Source: Octopus sinensis
Lineage: Eukaryota
Direction of reading: 5' to 3'
DNA length: 64,000 bases
Assembly (NCBI RefSeq): GCF_006345805.1
Contig: NW_021833261.1
Span: forward strand, 1 to 64,000
Shown here: one piece after another, positions 12,810-56,039 of the stretch
Layout: every line of letters begins with the position of its first letter
Position numbering within the stretch: position 1 is the stretch's first letter
Notes under the pieces: generated by a model
Databases searched by the model: none
What the model saw: the letters and a program-made list of their open reading frames with translations, nothing else
Told to the model about the DNA's origin: nothing
Translations under genes and position numbers: made by a program

Positions 12810-14150
12810 CAAGCCTCAAACAATAGTCAGTAGCGAAACAGCTGTAGCATATGCCACATCTTTCTGTTTCGACTTTCTCATGACTGACGCTTGGGCAACG
12901 TGCTTTATATATTCTGGTACCGCAATAATTAGGGATATAAATCTGAACTTGTAATCGGGATAGAGTAACAGTATATTTCTCAATAATTCAGCGTAGTTAT
13001 TCTTTTTTTCGCAGATATTTATGTTAACATCCGCTGAACAGCTAATTTCCACAACTTTATACAGTTTCTCTTTTCCATCCCAAATGACTATGTCAGTCCG
13101 ATTATGCTTAAATTTTATTGAGGTTTTCACCGGGACATTTCATCAGAACTCCTTCTTATTATGAGTGACTATGGCCTCTACCAAACTGTGGATTATTATT
13201 TCTTTGGTGTCATGGTTATCCTTCCGACGGATCTTGTTATACAGTGTCTTAATCACATCATATCACATCGGTTGGTAATACCGCGATGACATCTTCGAAC
13301 AACTGCTTATGATGTGGGTGACAGCATGGTGTTAACTTCAGAAAGTCTGCATCGGTTATCATAGTTTGGTATTTTATCCGCGTCTTTGAGCCTTTTTTGC
13401 ATCAAGCATTTGTTTGATACTTCCTATTCTTGGATTGCAAAAGCATAGCGGTCAGTGTGAGTTTGTAGTCCGGTCGTTGGTCCATGGCTGATTGCTATTA
13501 TGATCAATGTTACTATCATCCCGAAGCTTTCTGCTAACATATCCATGCATGATCTTCTGCTGATATACGCTCATCCTTTCATTTGATGACATGTTGCTGT
13601 AGAGTCGTGCGACATTTTGGACATATATTCTAGATTATCAGACAAAGAGTGTTATCTGCCTCGTGTATGCAAATGTGGCCAAGTGATGCACTTCAATATT
13701 TGGTGGTTAAAAGATCTTGCTGAAGGGATTTTAATACGACATTCAAAGTCGGTCTGGATCGATGTTAAGTCTCTGCCGCCTTGTTTTCATTGTAGGTAGA
13801 GGTGGTCTCCGTTAGGTAGAGGTCAGCCGTCCTGTTGATGTGAATATCTCTTTGAAAATTAAAGAGAAAGAAGATAACTATGGACAACTGCTCCGAAACC
13901 CCCAACTTGTATATCCGGATTACAAATGTACATTTATCCCAATAATAACGGGAGCACTTGATTTTCGAAAATAAATACTTATCTGTCAGTCTGGATAAGC
14001 TTAGATTTTCAGAAAAAGAAACCAACAGATTGATTGACACTTTACAAATACAATCTATAAACGGAACAGCAAAACTATACAGATTTTCTCAGGTTTAAAA
14101 TGTGGCATTGCTTTCGTTATCTACATTCCAACATGGAGCTTTGTCTATTT
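12810..14150 (-). mobile_element. Degenerate R4/Dong-like LINE 3' portion
   Basis: KHNRTDIVIWDGKEKLYKVVEISCSAD (endonuclease PD..D region); decayed RT sequence upstream. Confidence 0.7.
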
Positions 14151-14207
14151 GTTAGAAACAAGTTCCTTTTTCAGGGGATGAATTTAAATGATTAAATACA
14201 GAAAGGA

Positions 14208-14433
14208 CATACATACACACATACGTACCTACATACATATATACATACATACATTCATTCATACATGCATACATACATGCATACATACATACATACATAC
14301 ATACATACATACATACATACATACATACATACATACATACATACATACATGCATACATACATACAAGCATACATACATACATGCATACATACATACATAC
14401 ATACATACACACATACATACATACATGCATTCA

Positions 14434-14467
<34 letters not shown>

Positions 14468-14546
14468 CATACATACATACATACATACATACATACATAC
14501 ATACATGCATGCATGCATGCATGCATGCATGCATGCATGCATGCAT
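14208..14546. repeat. (TACA)n/(TGCA)n microsatellite
   Basis: Directly visible. Confidence 0.95.
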
Positions 14547-14559
14547 GAACTGGCAACAG

Positions 14560-14940
14560 CCGTTTGAACTGTATGACTGATTCTTATTTTACCGACTCTG
14601 CTGGGATAAATGATAAAATCGAGTTCGACCAAATTTGAAATGCAGACGTAGAGGAATGTGATAACGGGCATTAACTCATCGTTTTCTATCCATTCGCTGC
14701 CATTGTCACTAAGGTATATTGGTTTCGAATTGTGGCACAATCCCAGAAATTTCGGAGGAGGAGGAGGTAAATCGACTACATGAACCCCCGTGTTCAACTG
14801 GAACTTAATTTATCGATTCACAAAAACGATAAATGCCGAAGTCGACCTTGGTGGAATTTGAACTCAGAACGTAGAGACGAACGAAATGCCGCGAAGTATT
14901 TTGTCCATCACACTACCGACTCTGCCAGATCGTCACCTTA
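14560..14940 (-). mobile_element. Two partial tRNA-derived SINEs of octopus type
   Basis: Shares the aagtcgacct..ggaatttgaactcagaacgta core with the copy at 48100-48312; B-box-like GTTCAAAT on the - strand. Confidence 0.65.
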
Positions 14941-16099
14941 TTACTACAATATGTTAAAGAGTGTTCACCTGTTTCGAAGTATCCTGTTCTGGTGTTACCT
15001 TGTTTACAACTCCGAGATACACTTAGGCGATATCAATAATGTTAAACATCCTTTGTTCAATATATTCTTTTACAATGGTATGGTATAAACCCAGGATTGA
15101 CTCTGTCTTTGTATTTCAATTAACAGATATTGACTCTGTGTTTTTTTCTTGCAATTAACAGATATTCATTGATTAATTGATGATATTAATCAATTAGGAA
15201 GGTTATTTATTATTCACTTCATAGAGATTTTATGATCAACAGTGTTGTTAGTTACAAGGCTTTCAATTAACTAACTTTGACCTACATAATACCTAATAAT
15301 CAATATTCCTAAACTAAACTCTCATTCGTGAATATATGGTCGTTGGATATCGGATATTTTATGTAGTATGTAATGAATGTTGATGAGTCGTCTATTAATC
15401 TTTTGTTTCGGATCATTATTCTACTTCTTATAAGAAGCTAAGAACTTGGTCTAGATTGTTCGAAACTGTTGAATGCCGGCCTGATTTCTCTGTGCATTAC
15501 GTCAAATGAAAACACCAAATATTTTGAAAGTTGTCAATGCCAACACTTTCGATTTTCCTATCTTTTTATCAAAATCTCAATTCGAAAATTCAAATGCTTA
15601 GAGATGGTCGGTTGACCTTTCGGGTTAGTTTCTATTGTTGCCTGCAAGTGTCAAACCAAATATTATCTTTATTTTGTTTGCATTCTTTTTCAAAACAAGC
15701 TTCTAAAATCTTTCTTCTTTTTTAGAACATAATATATATTTCAAATAATGTTATCCAATGTGTTTTATTTTAGAAGATGGTAAAGAGTGTTATGTAGAAA
15801 ATATGTTTGCCAAATCTCGCGAGTCGGACATCTTTACAGAAGTTTCCTCATTCAAACGTGCAGTTTTGATACAACCATTTGGTTTATTTTTGTCATGTTT
15901 TTACTTAATCTTAAACCTATTATTCAAGAACGATATTTTCATTTTAAGAGCACGAGTGTTTGGGACTGAATTTGCTGGTTATATGGCGTGGTTGGATAGC
16001 TTATGGGACCTTCTTACAGATCTTATCTCCAAGATTGTGAGTGGTATTTTCCCCTAGCACAATAAGTCGTCAGACGAACTAAAATTCTTTTTTTTTTTA

Positions 16100-16660
16100 A
16101 TTAAACGGTGTCAAGATGTTTTCTAAATTGGATCTTTCTGACGCGTACCTACAAATTAGAGTAGACGATGAATGCTCTAAATACATAACAATTAACACAC
16201 AGGAAAGACTGTATAAATACAACAGGTTACAATTTGGCTTAAAAGTCACGACAGCAATTTTTCGACAGATTTTGGATGCAATATTAGCGGACTGTGAATT
16301 TTTACCTCCATACCTGGATAATATAATCCTATAAAAAACGATTCCAGGGATCAACACGTAGAACACGTAAGATATGTACTCGAAAAAATTAGATTAATAC
16401 GGCCTTATTTGAATGAACCGATTAATAGTTGATCCAAATATACCACCGGAAATGTCACCCGCAGAACCGATGTTTGCTAGAAAGGTCACATCCGTCTTTG
16501 ATAAGTTGATACCGAGTGAAAATTAAAAACAAAGGCGAACAACAAAATTACTTCAAAATTCTTCTACTTTGGTGACAAAGTTTTACTTAAAACCTATAGA
16601 TATGGTAAAGAAAACTGGGAAGATGGTGTAATGATTAAACAAATTGGAAAAATGTTATTA
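16100..16660 (+). mobile_element. Ty3/Gypsy LTR retrotransposon fragment (RT and end of integrase)
   Basis: FSKLDLSDAYLQI...LYKYNRLQFGLK...AIFRQILD...YLDNII, followed by SPAEPMFARKVTSVFDKL. Confidence 0.8.
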
Positions 16661-16989
16661 CTGGTCGGAGAGAGGTGAGGGAGACTAATTCTTAAAAGAG
16701 AAGATGTTATGGAAAGATTCTGACCACCTACCATGTAACTGAAGGTGGTCTGACTCATTGTTATAAAATAAAGAACTGTGAGCGATTGGCAGTTCAAGTT
16801 GGTAAGCAGTTCACTGTGAGCTGTGATTAAGAGCGTTGAATCTCAGGTAATAGTAATAGTAGCGAGAAGTTGTTAAATTATATATCGAACACAAGTATAT
16901 AAAATAATATTACATGCAGATGACTCGTTGCAAATAGATCAGATTGTTTGCAGCAGCGACGTTTCTGTCGTAGAAACTGAGCATTCGTT

Positions 16990-17730
16990 TCATGATATTC
17001 TAAAACAACACGCATGAAGCATGGACCTGAGAGTGAAAGACACCTGAGAGGATGTTGCATGGTGAACAGACAATGTCAAAGAAGATTCCTAGCGAATTTC
17101 TTGAAGAAACAAGAGCCAATGGCAATGGTTATCCATGCTACAGGTGACGCCAAGATGGGACAATGCAAGTTATTAAAGTTCATAATAGGTGTCTAGTCCT
17201 CAATAGAAAGGACCAATGTCGTACTTTCAAAGCGCATGTAAATATGCAAATATGTCCGACTACCAAGTCAATGAAATACATATTCAAGTAACTCTATAAA
17301 TGCTACAAAAACATTAATTTTAATATAAGTAAAAGGAAGATGGACGTTGAAGTTGTACATGATGAAAATATATAACAGATCCCATACTGTTATACTCGCT
17401 GCCAGTGCAACAGCAAGAATCTGTCTTTTACAGAGAAAGTAATGAGAAAGACGCGTTAGAGAGAGAGAAGAGCTGCCCGTTGTAACACGCCTCTACCATC
17501 ATGGTTTGTCCTTAGTAAATACAAGACGCCGGTTGCATATTGATATTCCTTATCATTATGTGTGTGACAAAGGGATGACTGTTTGGAAACTACACGAGAG
17601 ATGAGAAGAGAGAATTATTTCAAGACTTTAGTTTCCAAATCCAAAGCAAAAAGAAATAGTTTATCTGAGATTGTTATTGTTACATGTTGAAGGAGCTCGT
17701 ATTTTTTGACGATCTTAAAACAGCTGATAT
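16990..17730 (+). mobile_element. Degenerate Helitron Rep/helicase fragment
   Basis: MKHGP...CMVNRQCQRRF followed by a frameshifted GNGYPCYR, and YLRLLLLHVEGARIFDDLKT near 17660-17725; these resemble the Helitron motifs MVHGPC...GYPLYRRR and YLRLLL..V.G..SF.DL.T. Confidence 0.7.
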
Positions 17731-18047
17731 TGTGCGATATGAGTTGGCATGAAATAGCTGTCATCGTTTTAATAACACAAGTGGAAATATACTTTATAAA
17801 TGAGTGCGACCCTTTAGTTTCAACTCACAGCGGGAAATGTCACATTTAAGAATTATTGGAATTTAAAAAAATGAAAAACGCCAAAGTCTTTAGATACGAA
17901 ATTTATCAATGGTTGCTTTCATAGTTTTTGATAAAGTTGCTGGTATTTTTGTGTAGTAGTATAAACATGCTTACGCATACACATGCAAAAGCACACACAC
18001 ATACACAGACAACCACACATATGTATATATCTATATATATATATATA

Positions 18048-18127
<80 letters not shown>

Positions 18128-18270
18128 AGTAGTTGAATGAATTATCCTAGTATGGATAATTCGGTTAACCGATACCCGGGTAGCAAATTCACGTCAGAGA
18201 ACATATGTCGAGAATAAAAGAATTTTGTTAAATCGTCGTTTGACTCCATTCTTTCATTTATATATATATA

Positions 18271-18365
<95 letters not shown>

Positions 18366-18368
<3 letters not shown>

Positions 18369-20243
18369 TGATTGTTTCATCATATGGAAAGAACCTTATG
18401 AAAAACTCCTGGAATTCAAAACCATACTAAACAACATACATCCCAACATCCAATTCACTATGGAATTAAGCAAACATCATCTCCCATTCCTTGATCTCCT
18501 AATTATAAAAACACCTAAGAACCAAATCATAACAGACATCTACCACAAACCTACAGACTCACAACAATACCTCCTCTTTAGTTCATGCCACCCAAAACAC
18601 ACCAAGACAAATATCCCTTTCAATTTAGCTAAAAGGGTATGCACCATTGTCTCGGATCCAAAAACACGAGAAATACGCCTTCAAGACCTCAAAAAAACAC
18701 TATTACAACGTCAATATCCCTCCACCCTTATAGAGTATGGAATAAAACGCGCCAAAGAACTAGACAACACTACACTGAAAACCACCCAACCTAACACCAC
18801 ACACAACCTCAAAATACTTCCATACATTTCCACCCACAACCCCAAAAATATCGAAGCATACACCACAATCATACAAAACCTCAGTCTACTGTCAACAGAC
18901 CCAAAAATGAAAAACATTATAAATACACACAAAATCCTCAAATGCAAAAGGCAACACAAATCTTTAAAAAAACTCTTGACAAATGCCAAACTTCACACAC
19001 CACATCCACCCCCAACAGTAAAAAAATGTGCACGCTCAAACTGTGGTACCTGCCCCTTTCTACTTGAAGGCTCTGAATTTACCTTCAAACAAGGTACGAA
19101 GTTTAAAATCAAGACTAACTTCTCCTGTTCCTCCGAGAACCTTATCTACGTTCTCACATGCGCTGGTTGCCAACATAATTATGTTGGACAAACGAGTCTC
19201 CCGTTACGTAAACGAGTAACGGTGCATAAAGAACAAATAAACCTTCCGGAATACCGACAAATTCCACTGAGTGACCACTTAGACTCATGTGCTAAAGACT
19301 TAAACCCCAAATTCTATATATTCCCCTTCTACCAATGTAAAGACGGGATCACCACACAGGAGAGAATTAACAAGGAGAATCTCTTTATTGAAAAATTCCA
19401 AACACAACTTAATATGCAAACTCCTCGTTGATCAAACTTCCTTTCTCTACCTCACTCTTCATGGATGGACTAACACAAATATATAAAGATACCATGCATT
19501 CATCACTTCAAGCTAAAACTTATATTCTTTAAATATCATTTTTACTATTGTTGTTATTACTATCATTTTTATTATAAATGATATGACAATTTGAAATGCA
19601 ATTGTCTATGCAGATTTATATTATTAGAAAATAATATAAATAAAGTGTTAAAATCTGAAAGTTAAGTTAACAAGCAATTATATAAAAAAGATAATGCAAA
19701 TGAAGCTAAAATGATAGTTTTATAATTTGGGTTTTATTGAAGAACTCAAAAGAGTTGTCTCCCCTTACCCACAACACAGGAACTGAAGAACCAGGATCAC
19801 AATTACTACTACTTCCTGTCCTGCAACATGCTGAATTTAACAACACAACACATCACATGCTCTTAATCCCTTTGGATCTTAACACCTCAAGGTAATTTTT
19901 TGGTAAACAACCATAAAACTCAAGATACACAACGAACTCACAATGTATCGGAGAACTTATTTTTTAATTTTTGTACATTTTTATCATTATTCTTTTACAA
20001 AAAACAATGCAATTTTCTTTTTTTCCCATTTCTAATTTTTAAAATAACTTCTTAAAACATAAATATTCTTGACAAGTCATACAATGACGAAAACCGGTTG
20101 AATAAATATATATTTATATATTTTATCATTTTCTCATTTTATTAAAATTTTCTTTCATTTGAGCATTCTGTTTTTTTAAAAAAATTTTTCCTTACTTATC
20201 ATTTCTCCACGTGCGGTCAACACAACCCCACCATTTATTGATC
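18366..20243 (+). mobile_element. 5'-truncated Penelope-like element (RT C-terminus + GIY-YIG endonuclease) inserted in (TA)n
   Basis: Open frame from IDDCFIIW through LPFLDL, DIYHKPTDSQQYL and NLIYVLTCAGCQHNYVGQT...LRKRVTVHK to the stop at 19431; long 3' UTR with hammerhead-like motif; (TA)n on both sides. Confidence 0.92.
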
Positions 20244-20518
20244 TATATATATATATATATATATATATGTATGCATGTATGTATGTATCATCTGGTGATC
20301 TTATGCCATCTCAATCGTTAAGTCAATACCTTTTCACCCGGAGTATCTTTATAAAGTGTATTGAATAGATACAAACACTTCAGTTGTGGAATACAATGCC
20401 ACCTAATAGTGATAAATCGATACGAAGTTCATATAACGATTATCCTTCATTAAGAGGATAAATTCAAACAAGTAACATCTCGCTCTTGACAGCTATTTCT
20501 ACCTAGAAAACAGAAAGA

Positions 20519-50060
<29,542 letters not shown>

Positions 50061-51541
50061 TGGAATTCACCCCAAAATTATTTACTTCTCAATGAAATGT
50101 GAGCAAGACTTCAACGGATCACGTTTGCTAATAATAATTATATAAGATAAAATGTGTATTTCTTCATAAATAAAATCAATTTAATTCAGTTATTTCTTTT
50201 GTTAATTTATTTTTATTGCTAACGTTTTTCCTTTTTAGTCTTCTCTTAGAAATCCATTCACACTTTGGATGATTTATAAGATTATTAAATTTACCCGAGT
50301 ACCAATAGAACACTTGGGTATTATTTTATCAACCTTCAAAGAAAGAAACAAAAAATTAACAATAATAAGCAATAATAATCTCATGGCTTCTGATCGTAAC
50401 TGACTGGAAGTGTCATCTTGTACATTGTTTTGTCCAGGTATAAAAAGATGGGCTACAGCAAATATTCTGCTCAATATCACAGATTTGCTTGTCGGTTGTT
50501 TGATCTTAAACAGTTGAGCATGTCATTTAATGGCTGACAATATGGGCACCTCTTGAAAGATGTGTGTTTTATTCATCATTCTTAAACAAACCTTATTCAG
50601 GGACCTTTTATATCTGCTTCCGTTGTTTTGTTTTATTGATTATGCGGTAATCCACCCCCACCCCACTGGCCTTATCCTTGTCCTCATCCCCATCATCATC
50701 ACCATCATCATCACCACCACCACCATAATCACCATCATCATCTTCGTACCTGTGTGAATCACCATCGTCTTCATAGTAGTTAGGATACTGCTGCAGCTGT
50801 TCCTACTACTATAACTACCACTACAACTAATGATGATGATGATGATGATGATGACGATGATGATGATGATGATGATGAGGCCCTCCTCCCCACCAATGAC
50901 GCAATACAAATATCCTTCAGACCAATATAAAACAGACGGCGATGTCGAGAAAATATATTTTTACAATTTCCTCTCAGGCACTCGACACTCAACGGTTCGC
51001 TCTGCAGTTTCAAGACTTTCAACGTTTCAAAATGCTCAAACTATTTCGCAGGTTGTCCACAATTTTTGGTAAGCTGAATATTCTTACATTTCTCTCCACA
51101 CATTTCCAGTTTTCTTTTAAAATCAAACTCAATGGCAGTTTTAATGTGTTCCATAATAATATTTAGTGATTGTGTATAAATACGATGTTTTCTCTATAAA
51201 ATGATTCTGTAGAAAACTAGCGCTACACGAAGAAATTTCACAATCATTTCCAAAATGATAAAATTGTTGGAATCCTGTAAGAAAACCGCAAAAATAAGGA
51301 ATTTCTTTGGAAATTATTTCTTCTTTTTATCATTTACTTGTTTCATTCATTAAAGTGTGGCCATGCTGGGGCACCACCTTAGAGAGCTTTAGTCGAATGA
51401 ATCGGCCCCAGTTCTTATTGTTTTATAAGCCTGGTACTTATTGTATCGGTTCCTTACTGTCGGACTGCTATGTTACAGGGATATAAATATGCCAATACTG
51501 CTTGTCACATAACGATGAGGGATAAACAGACACACGCACAC

Positions 51542-51616
<75 letters not shown>

Positions 51617-51670
51617 TGTGTGTGTGTGTGTGTGTATATATATGTGTGTGTGTGTGTGTGTGCATGTATG

Positions 51671-51701
<31 letters not shown>

Positions 51702-52474
51702 TTGTTTTGCAAGGTTCTTGATGTGAATTCGTTTGTTGAAACAGATGTTGTATTTGGGGATGTCATATTGTCAGTTTAGCCAATGAAAATACGTGCACTA
51801 TATATTTGGTGCTCGCTTACTTCAGCTTTATTTCATATTAATCGTATTTCGGCCAGAGTTCTTTCGTCACACTTCTGTCACCTCATCAGTGATCCTTTGC
51901 TTTCTTCTTTTCTTTTTTGTGTCTCTCCTTCCTAACGATCTGCTATTTTGTATTCCTGTTGTATGTGTCTTTATTTGCGCATGTGTATATCCCTGTGTGT
52001 GTGTCTATGTTTTGTAAGTGTGTGTATGGTAACTGCATTATTCATTATCAGTATCCCCTGTTTATTCACGTTCGTTTAATTAAATTTTATTTTACTTTAT
52101 TCATTTGTTTTTATCAGTTCGAGGGATTTCATGAAATCGATTTTATGCATTGAAATTTCTTTTTTCTACAAAAAATGTTATGTATGTTTGTTCCTTAAAC
52201 TTGAGTGTGATAGTATAGATCTATACATTTTTATGAATATGGTTCTATAAGGAGACTTATGATATATGTTACCGGCGTCGCTGAGGTAAGGAAAAACATT
52301 ATAAACGACACCACTAATTGACACGTTATTAATTAGCGTAATAGCAGCATAGCCTTCAAAAAACATGGATTACATGCAAAATATGTGAGCAAGAGAAATA
52401 ATATTCTTAATTTAAATTCAAAATACATTGAAAGTCAACAATGTTTGGTTTAGAAGCGATGAGAGGAACTGAAA

Positions 52475-53035
52475 GATACGGAAATAATTTTATTCTCAAA
52501 CGCAGGTTAATGCTAATAACATAGCACGAATAGGATAAACTATCCATATTTCTTTAGAAAAATCTGTCGTTGGCCAGCCATGAGACTCGAACTCACATCC
52601 CTGCGATTACCATTAAGTTAAACTGCCCAGCGACGAATTATTTTGCAATTTTAGGATGTATAAATCTAGCTTTAAAAGACGCTATCGTACGTATTATACA
52701 AAATAAGTTGAAAGTCAAGAAACAGAATATGGCTAATTTCTCCAGTTCATGCTATATTATTAGCATCACCATGCGTTTGAGAATAAGATTATTTCTTCAT
52801 CTGTATGATAGCGTCTTATAAAGCTAGAAGTAAATATCCGAAAATTGGAGAAGAACTTGTCGCTCGGCAGTTTAGCTTAATGGTAAAGCCCTTACCGCGT
52901 AGTCATAGGTATGTAAGTTCGAGTCTCATGGCTGGTCGCCAACAGATTTTTCTACAAAATATGGATAGTTTATCCTACTAATGCTATGTTGTTAGCATTA
53001 TCCTACGTTTGAGAATACAATTATTTCTTTATCTC
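52475..53035. mobile_element. Two head-to-head copies of a tRNA-derived SINE (about 52475-52640 on -, about 52858-53035 on +)
   Basis: A-box tagcttaatggt and B-box gttcgagtc in the + copy; the arms are reverse complements of each other. Confidence 0.65.
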
Positions 53036-53271
53036 TATTTTTCAATATCCTTAAGATTATAAACTTGAAAAATTACAGGACAAGTTATTACACTTGGAAA
53101 AGTTCAAGACAACTTATTATATATGGTAAAATGCATAAAAAAATTACTTAAAATATTGCAGCTAAGGATAAAATGTGAATATTAAAATTTATTTGATTTT
53201 GATAAAAAAAAAGGTACTATCATTTTGTTAAAATATTGATACACATGAATACAGAGAAACAGAAGTCCCAA

Positions 53272-53452
53272 TAGGCGCAGGAGTGGCTGTGTGGTAAGTA
53301 GCTAGCTTACGAATCACATGGTTCCGGGTTCAGTCCCACTGCGTGGCATCTTGGGCAAGTGTCTTCTGCTATAGCCCCGGGCCGACCAATGCCTTGTGAG
53401 TGGATTTGGTAGACGGAAACTGAAAGAAGCCTGTCGTATATATGTATATATA

Positions 53453-53498
<46 letters not shown>

Positions 53499-53740
53499 TA
53501 TATATATATGTACGTGTGTGTGTGTTTTTGTGTCTGTGTTTGTCCTCCTAGCATTGCTTGACAACCGATGCTGGTGTGTTTACGTCCCCGTCACTTAGCG
53601 ATTCGGCAAAATATACCGATAGAATAAGTACTGGGCTTACAAAGAATAAGTCCCGGGGTCGATTTGCTCGACTAAAGGCAGTGCTCCAGCATGGCTGCAG
53701 TCAAAATGACTGAAACAAGTAAAAGAGTAAAAGAGAGAGT
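53272..53740 (+). mobile_element. Octopus-type tRNA-derived SINE with internal (TA)n/(TG)n
   Basis: tRNA-like head tggctgtgtggtaag...ggttcagtccc, body cttgggcaagtgtcttct, tail gactgaaacaagtaaaagag. A - strand tail fragment is at about 51325-51470. Confidence 0.8.
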
Positions 53741-54248
53741 ATATAACTAAAGCTTTATACAAAATAAAATAGTATACATGGTAGGCAAATTCCTCATGTG
53801 AAAAATAGGCATCAAGACTAAAAATGGGAAGACTTGGCAATAACTCAGGCAATAACTCCAGCAAATTTTACTGTGGATTTGTAGTTATAGGTAGATTTTA
53901 CAGCAATATATAACTAATTTTGTATTGTTCTATTTATTGTACTAATTATATTCTACTATTTTCAACATTCTAATTATTAATTAATAATTTAAAAAATGAA
54001 TATGTTTTAAAGTGCAAAAAATATTTTGAGTTATTTTTAATTTTTCATATAAGTAACACGCACACACAAATAGAAGTAATAACCTGTAATGAAATTTTTA
54101 GTTTTAATAAAAGCTAATATTTTCTAAATCCAAATATTTTCATGTCTAATAACTTTTCCTGTAATTTTCCAGGTTTATAATCTTAAGAATATTATTTCTC
54201 TTGCTCGCATTTTCAATATAAATATGTATGCATTTATGTTTGTATGTG

Positions 54249-54297
<49 letters not shown>

Positions 54298-54640
54298 ATA
54301 TGCGCATACATGTATTTAGGTATGTATGTGTATGTATGTCCGTCTGTATGTATGCATGCGAGTATATATGTATGTATTCGTATGTATGTATGTTTGTATA
54401 TGTTTGTGTATGTGTGTGCAGATTTGTATATTTTATGTATGTATTCTCATGCATATAGCTGCATATCTATACATGCTCATATATGTTTAAATGATAAATT
54501 TCTGGCCAGTTTTACAGATTTTTACAGTTCCAGTGATGAACTGGATCTGTTGTCTCTCCATTAGCTTTCTCCTTTCTGGTTTTGAGAAGCCTAATTTCTG
54601 CTAATTGCTATTTAGGCGGTGTGTTACATATCTTGCATAA

Positions 54641-54671
<31 letters not shown>

Positions 54672-54939
54672 TGTATGTATGTATGTATGTATGTATGTAT
54701 GTATGTATGTATAATAATTCCATTCATATTTAGGGTTCTTTGAAGGAATACTAAACTGACTTGGAGGAAGAATGAAAGGTGAATCTAATTTGAGTGCGAA
54801 AAGAACTTAGGATGGTAAGCTTCGCGACTAAATACCGGATGCAATTTTGTCACGTTTTATTGATTCTTCCAATCGTCGACTTATATCGAACATCTTTCCC
54901 TCGAAATCATTAAACTGAAATACGATCGTTAGAAGAGAA

Positions 54940-55073
54940 GGAAAATCCCTTCCAATTTGCATGTTAACACGACATAAGCCAATAGATTTATTTTTATATT
55001 CGTTTTAAGTCTAAGGATTTCCAGCGTTGACTCAAGGACACGTATTTGTATATCGGAAAGTGAAAGTGAAAGT
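54940..55073. promoter_or_regulatory. Candidate NF-kB + IRF binding-site cluster
   Basis: GGAAAATCCC at 54940-54949 (reverse complement GGGATTTTCC) and (GAAAGT)x3 at 55056-55073; motif match only. Confidence 0.3.
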
Positions 55074-55624
55074 GTTTCAAACACCGTAGTAACAGAGGAG
55101 TTTGTCAGATGGTTCAGTGACAAAAACCAGTTGAATAAGGTTTAGCAGATAACAAATGAATACAAACATGTTCATACAGGCTACACTCAGAAATAAAAAC
55201 TGTGAATACAGAATATGGTTTCAAATAATTAAATGTCTGCTTGAGAAGCAGTAAAATCAATGACGGAATCGATATAATGTTGATGAAAAAGTACAGAACA
55301 AGTTTTTTACAGCTGGGAAAAGCGCGGGACAAGCATATTTGTATTTAAAATATTGCAGCTGAAATTAAAATTTTAAAATACTTAGATTTATAAAAACTGA
55401 AAATAATAGCTTTTATTAGCTACTCTATAATTAAAAACTTAACTCAAATAAAAACTGTTAGCAAAAACTAAAACAATTTTTATAGCCCCATTAAAAAGGA
55501 TTTTTTTTCAATTATAAGTATTTAAGAACTTCAATAAGTTTTTAAATAGTTTTCAGTTAAAATTCCTATTTTGCTCATCTTTTTGATAAAAAGTGTCACA
55601 CTGCAATTCACTGATAAAAATATC

Positions 55625-56030
55625 ATAAGGATGGTCTTTTGGAAATTTCAAAAAAGTCTACGGTATGGTTGTCGCAGTGTCTCGAAATAAAGCGAAGGAG
55701 AATGCAAGAAACCTGTGCAATGGCACTACCAGAAGAAACAGAGGCACGGAAAAATGTGTACCAATTGAGAACAAAGAAAAGCCGTGCAATGGAAACACCA
55801 CAAGAAACAGAAACACGGACAAATACTGATCGGCTGAAGAAACAGGACTCCAGGGAAAACACGACGCTGCCACAAATTCAGCAGCGACAAGCAAACAAAC
55901 AACTAGGTACGATAGCAATGGAGAGTTGGTCAGCAAAGAACTGGCAATGAGAGAATGGCTACGGAAGATGATGTGGCAGATTTTCATGAGAAAGAACGAA
56001 ACCCAAGCCTTATGTTGCACTATCCATCCC
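55625..56030 (+). mobile_element. Helitron N-terminal fragment
   Basis: Repeats AMALPEETEAR / AMETPQETETR followed by a decayed ERNPSLCC zinc-finger-like segment. Confidence 0.5.
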
Positions 56031-56039
56031 GATATCATC

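Noticed and set aside
14152-14797. Long ORFs of MYVC/HTYI repeats (also near 2669, 39172-39577, 51468-51766, 54146-54564 and 59598-60127)
   Set aside because: They are translations of tetranucleotide and dinucleotide microsatellites.
15818-16010. Block shared with 61850-62060, suggesting a fourth gene unit
   Set aside because: No PAN exon or other unit sequence is nearby; it is more simply a dispersed repeat fragment.
50830-51072. ORF ending at a GTAAG donor-like site, a possible extra exon
   Set aside because: It starts in a (GAT)n repeat, has no recognisable domain, and shows no similarity to exons 1-3.
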